Assembly: GCF_004799405.1 (NCBI RefSeq)
Contig: NZ_SSMW01000130.1
Span: 29,238 to 93,237, forward strand
From: Bradyrhizobium sp.
Lineage (GTDB): Bacteria > Pseudomonadota > Alphaproteobacteria > Rhizobiales > Xanthobacteraceae
Reading direction: 5' to 3'
Length of the DNA stretch: 64,000 bases
The first letter of the stretch is position 1, and every line of letters begins with the position of its first letter. The translations under genes and the position numbers were made by a program. This document shows, piece by piece, positions 57,206 to 64,000 of the stretch. A model generated the notes under the pieces. It made no database searches, was not told where the DNA came from, and was given only the letters and a program-made list of their open reading frames with translations.

Positions 57206-57736
57206 ATGGAAGATGCGTTTCGCGGCGTGGCCGATTTTGTCCGCGACCATGAGGTGTGGGCCGCGCCCATCGTTCTGGCGCTGGCGTTCGGGGAGTCGCT
57301 GGCTTTCATCTCGCTGCTGATTCCGGCCTGGGGAGCGCTGGTCGCGATCGGCGCCCTGATCGGCGTCAGCGGCATCAGCTTCTGGCCGGTCTGGATCGCC
57401 GGCGGCATTGGCGCCGCGCTGGGCGACTGGGTCTCCTACTGGTTCGGCTTCAAGTACAAGGAACACGTCGCGCAGATGTGGCCGCTGTCGCGCTACCCCG
57501 CGCTGCTGCCGCGCGGCGAAGCCTTCGTGAAAAGTTGGGGCGTCCCCTCGATTTTCATCGGACGGTTTTTCGGACCCCTGCGCGCCTCGGTGCCGCTGGC
57601 GGCAGGGATTTTCGAAATGCCGTATTGGAGTTTTCAGGCGGCGAATTTCATCTCCGCGCTGGTGTGGTCGGCGGCGCTGCTGCTGTTCGGCGACGTGATT
57701 TCACAAATCCTCGAATGGATCTGGCGCACGGTCTAG
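57206..57736 (+). CDS. DedA-family inner-membrane protein
   Basis: 176 aa; FGESLAFISLLIPAW and GRFFGPLRASVPLAAG are typical DedA/SNARE-associated motifs. Confidence 0.8.
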   Translation: MEDAFRGVADFVRDHEVWAAPIVLALAFGESLAFISLLIPAWGALVAIGALIGVSGISFWPVWIAGGIGAALGDWVSYWFGFKYKEHVAQMWPLSRYPALLPRGEAFVKSWGVPSIFIGRFFGPLRASVPLAAGIFEMPYWSFQAANFISALVWSAALLLFGDVISQILEWIWRTV

Positions 57737-57776
57737 GGTCGCCGTTTTTTGATCCGGGGCGTGACGCTGGTTTGTC

Positions 57777-57805
57777 TTGACGAAAACCGGGCGCGGCCTT
57801 ATAGC
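57777..57805 (+). promoter_or_regulatory. sigma70-type promoter candidate
   Basis: TTGACG (57777-57782), a 17-nt spacer, then TATAGC (57800-57805). The predicted TSS at about 57812-57813 coincides with the uORF ATG. Confidence 0.55.
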
Positions 57806-57812
57806 CCGCTCC

Positions 57813-57890
57813 ATGATCGACGCCGCGACCATTCTCATCGCTCGCCGCCGCCGCAGCATCTCTGCGGTACGGGCGGACATCTGCGTTTAG
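57813..57890 (+). promoter_or_regulatory. candidate leader peptide uORF (25 codons, four consecutive CGC Arg codons)
   Basis: The ORF from ATG 57813 to TAG 57888-57890 encodes MIDAATILIARRRRSISAVRADICV. CGC x4 lies at 57843-57854. There is no SD upstream. It is not in the ORF track (too short). Confidence 0.45.
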
Positions 57891-57987
57891 ATATCAGCCC
57901 CTGCCGCCGGATCCGGTCCGCGGCACTTCATTTCCAAAACAGCGCGATCTGAACCGGCGGCTCCCCTCAACGAAGCAGGAGCAAGCC

Positions 57988-58671
57988 ATGTTTACCCGAC
58001 CTTTTTTCGAGCCCGATCGAGCCGCGAGCCTGGCGTTTGCCGACGCGCGCGGATTCGGCACGGTCTGCGCCTGCGACGGCGGCAAGCCGGTCGCGTCCGC
58101 GCTGCCGTTCTGCCTCGAATATTCAAGCGACGGCACGCCCCGCGTCTCGTTCCACGTCGCTCGCGGCAATACGCTGGCGACGCTCGCCGACGGCCGGTCA
58201 AGCTGGTTGTTTGCGGTGAACGGCGCCGATGCCTATGTCTCGCCGCATTGGTACGCCTCGCCGGACCAAGTGCCGACCTGGCTGTATCAGGCCGTGCATC
58301 TGTCGGGCCCGGTTCGCACCATGACGGCACAGGAATTGGCCGGCCATCTGGATGCGCTCAGCGCCAAATTCGAAAGCTGGCTGGCGCCGAAACCGTCATG
58401 GACGACAGGCGAAATGACGGCGGGGCGGCGTGAAGCGATGATGCAGGCGATCGTGGGTCTTGTCATGACGGTCGAAGGGATCGAGGGCAGCTTCAAGCTC
58501 AACCAGCACAAGTCCGACGTCGATCACGCGGCGATCAGCGATGCACTGGCGCAGCAAGCCGATCCCGCCGCGCAGGCGATCGGCAAACAACTGGTCGCGC
58601 TGCGGCCGCAGTTGGATTACAAACAACCGCTGTCTGTCAGCGGTCTCGCCGATTCAAGGAACGCACCATGA
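57988..58671 (+). CDS. FMN-binding PaiB-family protein (annotated family: negative transcriptional regulator)
   Basis: 227 aa; the C-terminal KLNQHKS motif and overall layout are as in PaiB-like proteins (from memory). AGGAG lies about 6 nt upstream of the ATG. Confidence 0.75.
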   Translation: MFTRPFFEPDRAASLAFADARGFGTVCACDGGKPVASALPFCLEYSSDGTPRVSFHVARGNTLATLADGRSSWLFAVNGADAYVSPHWYASPDQVPTWLYQAVHLSGPVRTMTAQELAGHLDALSAKFESWLAPKPSWTTGEMTAGRREAMMQAIVGLVMTVEGIEGSFKLNQHKSDVDHAAISDALAQQADPAAQAIGKQLVALRPQLDYKQPLSVSGLADSRNAP

Positions 58672-59675
58672 CCCTCTCCGACACCAAGCAGCCGGGAGTC
58701 CCGGCACCGACCTTGCACACCAAGGCGGCGAAGCCCGCCGTGTTCGTCGATGGCGCCGCCGGAACAACGGGGCTGGGCATCCGTCAGCGTCTTGACGCGC
58801 AGAACGACGTCGCGGTGCGAAGCATCGCTGCGGAAATGCGCAAGGATCCAGGCGCCAAGCGCGCGCTGATGGAGGAAGTCGACCTTGTCATCCTCTGCCT
58901 GCCGGATGATGCCGCAAGGGAGACCGTCGCGCTGATCGACGGCATGGGAGCCGCGGCGCCCAAGGTGCTGGACGCTTCCACGGCCTTTCGAGTCGCGTCC
59001 GACTGGACTTACGGATTTCCGGAGCTTGCGCCGGATCAGGCCGACAAGATCCGCTCGGCGCGAAAAGTCTCGAATCCCGGCTGCTATCCGACCGGCGCGC
59101 TGGCGTTGCTGCGGCCGCTGGTCGATGCCGGCCTGGTGCCGGTTGACTACCCCGTGACGATCAACGCGGTGAGCGGCTATTCGGGCGGTGGCAAGTCGAT
59201 GATCGAAAATTTCGAATCCGGCACCGCGCCGGCCTTCGAACTCTATGGCCTCGGCTTCGAGCACAAGCATATTCCGGAGACGCAGCGTTACGCCAATCTG
59301 ACGCGGCGGCCGATCTTCGTGCCTTCGGTTGGCAATTTCCGGCAGGGCATGCTGGTGTCGGTGCCGCTGCATCTCGACACCTTGCCGGGAAAGCCCGACG
59401 CCGCCGATCTGCAAGCCGCGCTGGCGAAGCGCTACGCCGGAGCCATCTACGTTTCGGTGATGCCGCCGGGCGATGCCGCAATACAGAGCGGCCGGCTCGA
59501 GCCCGAGGCACTCAACGAAACCAACCGGCTGGAACTCTATGTCTTTGGCAGCGACAAGCACCGCCAGGCGGTGCTGGTCGCGCGACTAGACAATCTGGGC
59601 AAAGGCGCTTCCGGCGCGGCGATCCAGAACATGCGGCTGATGCTCGGATTCCCCGAGCCCACCGGGCTGCGCTAG
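58668..59675 (+). CDS. argC: N-acetyl-gamma-glutamyl-phosphate reductase (short, type 2 ArgC)
   Basis: [18 protein letters not shown]-terminal NAD motif and active-site Cys in [10 protein letters not shown]. Its ATG overlaps the upstream stop (ATGA). The true start may lie a little downstream. Confidence 0.88.
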   Translation: MTLSDTKQPGVPAPTLHTKAAKPAVFVDGAAGTTGLGIRQRLDAQNDVAVRSIAAEMRKDPGAKRALMEEVDLVILCLPDDAARETVALIDGMGAAAPKVLDASTAFRVASDWTYGFPELAPDQADKIRSARKVSNPGCYPTGALALLRPLVDAGLVPVDYPVTINAVSGYSGGGKSMIENFESGTAPAFELYGLGFEHKHIPETQRYANLTRRPIFVPSVGNFRQGMLVSVPLHLDTLPGKPDAADLQAALAKRYAGAIYVSVMPPGDAAIQSGRLEPEALNETNRLELYVFGSDKHRQAVLVARLDNLGKGASGAAIQNMRLMLGFPEPTGLR

Positions 59676-59689
59676 GTCGCGGTTTCCAT

Positions 59690-59725
59690 GGAAGCAGCGC
59701 ATCGTGAAGACGATGCGCTGCTTCC
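59690..59725. terminator. strong stem-loop between convergent argC and MAPEG genes (no U tract)
   Basis: GGAAGCAGCGCATCGT-GAAG-ACGATGCGCTGCTTCC is a perfect 16-bp stem. Confidence 0.5.
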
Positions 59726-59740
59726 GGGACGAGCCAAACG

Positions 59741-60139
59741 TCAAAGCACCTTGAAAATCGCCAAGGCCAGCACGGCTTGCGCGAGGAAACCGACGGTGAA
59801 GGCCAGCGTGCGAAACACCGGCAGGCCCATGGTGTAGACGACCACATGCGCGACGCGAGCCCAGAAATACACCGCGCAGGCATAGGCGGTCCACTTCGTC
59901 GAATAATCGATCTGGGCCAGGATCAGCACCAACGGCGCGAAGATGACGAGGTTCTCGACCGCGTTGTCATGCGCGAACATCAGGCGGGTGGCCCATTCCG
60001 CATGCGGCTTGTCGTTGCGCGACGGGTTGGCCATGGCGCCGCCGAGACCGCGAACCTGACGGCGATTGAGGATGTAGGGCACCCACAGCAGCCCGGTCAG
60101 AATAACCGTCAGTGTCAGCCAGAAGAGTTCGCGTGTCAT
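59741..60139 (-). CDS. MAPEG-family membrane protein
   Basis: 132 aa with four hydrophobic helices. The segment AHDNAVENLVIFAPLVL resembles the bacterial MAPEG family (from memory). Confidence 0.65.
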   Translation of the reverse strand: MTRELFWLTLTVILTGLLWVPYILNRRQVRGLGGAMANPSRNDKPHAEWATRLMFAHDNAVENLVIFAPLVLILAQIDYSTKWTAYACAVYFWARVAHVVVYTMGLPVFRTLAFTVGFLAQAVLALAIFKVL

Positions 60140-60213
60140 GGTTTCCCCCTTGGGTCATTTTCGAATCCCGTCCCGGCGGGACGGCCTGTTATATTCAAAC
60201 CCGCATCGTTGCG

Positions 60214-62019
60214 CTACGCGCGGACTCGCACATAGCTGCCGGGCGCGTCCTCGATCGGGGGCAACGCTTCGGTTCCGACCGCGCGCGCCGGCACTTCTTC
60301 CGCGTCGATGCTGCCGAGCCACTCGCGCCAGTCCGGCCACCACGATCCCTTGTGTTCCTGCGCGCCCTTGAGCCATTCCTCAAGGGTCCCGGTCGGCGGG
60401 TGATCGTTGGTCCAGTACTGATATTTGCCCGACGCCGGCGGGTTGACCACGCCGGCGATATGGCCGGACCCGGCCAGCACGTATTTCACCGGCCCCCCGA
60501 AAAACTGCGAGCCGTACAGCACCGATTCCGCCGGCGCAATATGATCCTCGCGGGTCGCCATGTTGTAGACCGGCACCTTTACTTTCGACAGGTCGAGCAG
60601 GGTGTTGTCGAGCACCATGCTGCCGGTGGAGAGCCGGTTCTCCAGGTAGCAGTTGCGCAGGTAGTAGGAATGGTTCGCCGCCGGCATCCTTGTCGCGTCC
60701 GAATTCCAGTGCAGCAGGTCGAACGAGGAGGGCGGCTTGCCCTTCAGGTAATTGCTGACGACATAGGACCAGATCAGGTCGTTCGAGCGCAGCATGTTGA
60801 AGGCCATCGCCATCTTGCCGCCTTCGAGCACGCCGGTTTCCTGCATGTCGCGCTCCAGCGCCGAAATCTGGTCTTCATCGACGAACACCAGGAGATCGCC
60901 GGCATGGGTGAAGTCGACTTGCGCCGCAAAGAAGGTCGCCGACGTCACCCGCACCCGCCGGTTTTCCGCAAGCCACGCCAGCGTCGAAGCCAGCAGCGTG
61001 CCGCCGACGCAGTAACCGGCGGTGTGAACCTTCATCTCGCCGGTGGCCTGCTCGATGACATCCATCGCCGTCAGCGGGCCCTCTATCATGTAATCCTCGA
61101 AGGTTTTCTTGCCGAGTTGCTTGTCCGGATTGACCCAGGAAATCACGAACACCGTGATGCCCTGATCGACGCACCACTTGATGTAGGATTTCTCCGGCTT
61201 GAGATCGAGGATGTAGAACTTGTTGATCCACGGCGGGACGATCAGAAGTGGCGTACGCAGCACGTTCGGGGTCGACGGCTGATACTGGATCAGTTGCATC
61301 AACTCGTTCTGAAAGATGACCTTGCCCGGCGTCGTCGCCATGTTGACGCCGACCTCAAGATTGGAAGGGTCGGACTGGCGAATCCGCAAGCTGCCATGTC
61401 CGGCCTCGATATCCTCCGCCAGCATTTTCATGCCGCGAACGAGGTTGTCGCCGCTCGATGCCAGCGTCTCGCGCAGGACTTCCGGATTGGTGAGCACAAA
61501 ATTCGACGGCGCCAGCGCGTTGGTGATTTGCTGGACGTAGAACTCGGCCTTCTTGCGGGTGTGCGGATCGAGGCCTTCGGCGTTGACGACCAGATCCCGC
61601 GCCCATTGCGCGGTGAGCAGGTAGCCCTGCATCACAAAATCGAAAAACTGGTTCGATTTCCACTCGGGATCCTTGAAGCGTTTGTCGCGCGGCGATGGCT
61701 CGATCGCAGGCGGGGCCTGTTCGCCGGCGAGCCGGCGCATCGATGAGCCCCAGAGATCGAGATAGGCCTTGCCCATCTTGGTCTGCAGTTCTGCCGCCCG
61801 CGTTTTGTCCGACAGCCAATATTCGGCCACCGCGGTGAGGGTCTTGATCACCTCGCCGAGTTCGCTGGGCGGTTTATCCTTGAATTCGCCGCTCTCGCGC
61901 GGCTTGAGATAGGCCGCGAGCGCCTGGCCGCTGCTTTCCATCGCCCGGGCGAGGTTCATCGCAAAGGCTTCGGGGTCGAATTTCTTCGCGACCTGGGTTT
62001 CGGTGGTAACGTCGTTCAT
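60214..62019 (-). CDS. phaC: class I poly(R)-hydroxyalkanoate synthase
   Basis: 601 aa with lipase-box-like GYCVGGTLL (active-site Cys) and an N-terminal PhaC_N-type region ([14 protein letters not shown]). Confidence 0.93.
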   Translation of the reverse strand: MNDVTTETQVAKKFDPEAFAMNLARAMESSGQALAAYLKPRESGEFKDKPPSELGEVIKTLTAVAEYWLSDKTRAAELQTKMGKAYLDLWGSSMRRLAGEQAPPAIEPSPRDKRFKDPEWKSNQFFDFVMQGYLLTAQWARDLVVNAEGLDPHTRKKAEFYVQQITNALAPSNFVLTNPEVLRETLASSGDNLVRGMKMLAEDIEAGHGSLRIRQSDPSNLEVGVNMATTPGKVIFQNELMQLIQYQPSTPNVLRTPLLIVPPWINKFYILDLKPEKSYIKWCVDQGITVFVISWVNPDKQLGKKTFEDYMIEGPLTAMDVIEQATGEMKVHTAGYCVGGTLLASTLAWLAENRRVRVTSATFFAAQVDFTHAGDLLVFVDEDQISALERDMQETGVLEGGKMAMAFNMLRSNDLIWSYVVSNYLKGKPPSSFDLLHWNSDATRMPAANHSYYLRNCYLENRLSTGSMVLDNTLLDLSKVKVPVYNMATREDHIAPAESVLYGSQFFGGPVKYVLAGSGHIAGVVNPPASGKYQYWTNDHPPTGTLEEWLKGAQEHKGSWWPDWREWLGSIDAEEVPARAVGTEALPPIEDAPGSYVRVRA

Positions 62020-62274
62020 AACTGGACACTATAGCTTCGTTGGGAGTTCGTCACCGCGCAGTTGGCAACGGCATTTTCGGTGTTAATCTCGGTAGTCGTG
62101 CGTGCTGCACTGCGATAGGGTAGCTCGGTTCCGTCACATTGAAGCCTCAACGGTCCGATCTGTTGTTCAGGCTTTAATCGTTTCGGACGACAATGGTTTG
62201 AACGATTGCAATGGAATCTGACAACGTAGTGTCGCTGCAAGGCTCATACCAGCGACGGTAGGATTACCTGGCGG

Positions 62275-62598
62275 ATGTCGGTGGATCGAAGAATAAGCAT
62301 TCTGTCTGCGGCAGCGCTGTTGGTGGCGGCGCTGGCGCTTGGCGGCTGTTCGACGTCGATTGCGGATATGCCGCTGGCCGGCACGCCAGCCGATGCGCCG
62401 GAGCGCCCAACGGAAACCGGCGTCTTTCTTCCGATTCATGACCTGCCGCCGCCCCGTGACGAGGCCACCATGGAGCCGGCGGAACGGGCGAAGATGCGGT
62501 CCGAATTGGTGGCCGCGCGCGACCGCCAGGCCGCCTTGGCGGCGACCCAAAATCCGGCGACCCAAAATCCGCCCTCGCAAAACCCGGCCGCGAAATGA
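62275..62598 (+). CDS. small lipoprotein, hypothetical
   Basis: 107 aa with signal peptide plus lipobox LALGGC. The C-terminal peptide repeat is ATQNP-ATQNP-PSQNP. Confidence 0.55.
   Translation: MSVDRRISILSAAALLVAALALGGCSTSIADMPLAGTPADAPERPTETGVFLPIHDLPPPRDEATMEPAERAKMRSELVAARDRQAALAATQNPATQNPPSQNPAAK
62542..62586 (+). repeat. 3 x 15-bp tandem repeat inside the lipoprotein gene
   Basis: GCGACCCAAAATCCG occurs twice (62542-62556, 62557-71), followed by a diverged third unit CCCTCGCAAAACCCG (62572-86). Confidence 0.85.
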
Positions 62599-62799
62599 CC
62601 TGACGGCGCTGTTACGGGTGGCGCTGCGGTTCGTCCGTGATAAAAGAACCCAATTCAACCGCAGATCGGGACGAAGCCGTCAATTATCCCCGAATTCGCG
62701 CTAAATCATTGATTGAGCGTGATTTCCGGACGAGGCCGAATGCGGCTTCGTTACCAAATGTGTCGGCGATTCCTCTCCCGGTTGCCGGAGCAAGGTTCC

Positions 62800-64000
62800 A
62801 TGGAAGATTTCTACCGCATCCGCCGTCTACCTCCTTACGTGTTCGAACAGGTCAATCGGGCCAAGGCGGCTGCACGCAATGCCGGCGCCGACATCATCGA
62901 TCTCGGCATGGGTAATCCGGACCTGCCGGCGCCGCCCCATGTCATCGAAAAACTCAAGGAAACGCTGGGCAAGCCGCGGACCGACCGCTATTCCGCCTCG
63001 CGTGGCATTACGGGGCTGCGCAAGGCGCAGGCGGCCTATTACGCCCGGCGTTTTGGCGTGAAGCTCAATCCCGAAACTCAGGTGGTGGCGACGCTGGGCT
63101 CGAAGGAGGGCTTTGCCAACGTGGCCCAGGCGATCACCGCGCCCGGCGACGTCGTGCTGTGTCCGAATCCGAGCTATCCAATTCACGCCTTCGGATTTCT
63201 GATGGCCGGCGGCGTGATCCGTTCGGTGCCCTCGGAGCCGACGCCGCAATTCTTCGAGGCGGTGGAGCGCGCGATCGTTCATTCGATCCCGAAGCCGCTG
63301 GCGCTCGTGGTCTGTTATCCCTCCAATCCGACCGCCTATGTCGCAAGCCTGGATTTTTACAAGGATCTGGTGGCGTTCGCGAAGAAGCACGAGATCTTCA
63401 TCCTGTCGGATCTGGCCTATGCCGAAGTCTATTTCGACGGCCACCCGCCGCCCTCGGTGCTGGAGGTGCCCGGCGCGATCGATGTAACCGTGGAATTCAC
63501 CTCGATGTCGAAGACGTTTTCGATGGCCGGCTGGCGGATGGGATTTGCCGTCGGCAACGACCGCATCATCGCCGCGCTGGCGCGGGTGAAATCCTATCTC
63601 GACTATGGCGCGTTCACGCCGATCCAGGTTGCCGCGACCGCGGCGCTGAATGGTCCTGAGGATTGCATTCGCGAGATGCGCGATAACTACCGCAAACGCA
63701 GGGACGCGCTGGTGGAATCATTCGGCCGGGCGGGGTGGGAGATTCCGCCGCCCAGCGCCTCGATGTTCGCCTGGGCGCCGCTGCCGCCGGCCTTCAAGGA
63801 TGTCGGCAGCATGCAGTTTGCCACCCTGATGGTCGAGAAATCAGGCGTCGTGGTCTCCCCGGGGGTCGCCTTCGGCGAGCACGGCGAGGGCTATGTTCGC
63901 ATCGCCATGGTGGAAAACGAGCAGCGTATCCGCCAGGCCGCCCGTGGCGTGCGCCGCTTCCTTGAAAGCGGCATTGAAACGTTGCACAACGTGGTTCCTC
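62800..64000 (+). CDS. PLP-dependent aminotransferase, class I/II (AlaC-like), 3' end beyond the right edge
   Basis: Absent from the ORF track because no stop lies in the window. ATG 62800 opens a frame that stays open to 64000. It reads MEDFYRIRRLPPYVFEQVNRAKAAARNAGADIIDLGMGNPD... with PLP-lysine region SMSKTFSMAGWRMGF. Confidence 0.85.
   Translation, partial: MEDFYRIRRLPPYVFEQVNRAKAAARNAGADIIDLGMGNPDLPAPPHVIEKLKETLGKPRTDRYSASRGITGLRKAQAAYYARRFGVKLNPETQVVATLGSKEGFANVAQAITAPGDVVLCPNPSYPIHAFGFLMAGGVIRSVPSEPTPQFFEAVERAIVHSIPKPLALVVCYPSNPTAYVASLDFYKDLVAFAKKHEIFILSDLAYAEVYFDGHPPPSVLEVPGAIDVTVEFTSMSKTFSMAGWRMGFAVGNDRIIAALARVKSYLDYGAFTPIQVAATAALNGPEDCIREMRDNYRKRRDALVESFGRAGWEIPPPSASMFAWAPLPPAFKDVGSMQFATLMVEKSGVVVSPGVAFGEHGEGYVRIAMVENEQRIRQAARGVRRFLESGIETLHNVVP

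Noticed and set aside
57737-57752. T run (GCCGTTTTTT) just after the dedA stop, considered as an intrinsic terminator
   Set aside because: The preceding stem is only about 4 bp (GGCG/CGCC) with a long loop. This is too weak to call.
60168-60184. CCGTCCC-GGC-GGGACGG hairpin between phaC and the MAPEG gene
   Set aside because: It has a 3-nt loop and no U tract on either strand. It may be a weak terminator but cannot be supported from sequence alone.
60112-61746. 544-aa plus-strand ORF
   Set aside because: It is antisense to phaC, which has the lipase-box Cys and full-length PhaC colinearity.
62102-62110. GTGCTGCAC near-palindrome upstream of phaC, considered as a PhaR operator
   Set aside because: It is too short and unique to distinguish from chance in GC-rich DNA, and I do not know a validated PhaR consensus for this lineage.

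Overview
This is a visibly GC-rich alphaproteobacterial chromosomal segment. Gene order and the intergenic repeat types resemble Bradyrhizobium/Rhodopseudomonas/Nitrobacter-type genomes; that placement is inference from memory, with no search run. It reads as core genome, with about 50 CDS. These include a truncated CHASE3 histidine kinase, aroQ-accB-accC, a DsbA-like protein, an M48/TPR protease, dctA, an AtuA-like/DUF4387 pair, two MFS transporters, rne, an amidase, mrcA and prfB (classic +1 frameshift). They also include a carbamoyltransferase, an M23 peptidase, bcp, an AsmA-like giant protein, tyrS, anmK, a complete suf cluster (nifS-like, sufBCDS, sufT, sufA), TfoX and a GGDEF protein. 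The rest are rhlE, a TMEM175-caspase-FAD oxidoreductase trio, a porin, parE, dedA, paiB-argC, a MAPEG protein, phaC and a truncated aminotransferase. I saw no rRNA, tRNA, CRISPR array, transposase, integrase or phage gene. Two real genes are missing from the ORF track because they run off the window edges (1..1227 minus strand, 62800..64000 plus strand). Many long track ORFs are antisense shadows of real genes, as expected in GC-rich DNA. The most interesting signal is a near-consensus promoter followed by an apparently leaderless 25-codon uORF with four consecutive CGC arginine codons. Mutually exclusive helices follow it, one of which covers the Shine-Dalgarno of a translationally coupled paiB-argC pair, so this is a candidate arginine-sensing leader. 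Other items are a roughly 250-aa His/Asp/Glu-rich insertion in RNase E, a roughly 700-nt rne leader, a lysine-rich histone-like tail on Bcp, a roughly 105-bp repeat family that supplies the stop codons of both MFS genes, a nested palindrome inside the suf operon, and a co-directional TMEM175/periplasmic caspase/FAD-oxidoreductase cluster. All functional calls rest on motifs I recognise by eye. No BLAST, HMM or RNA folding was possible.
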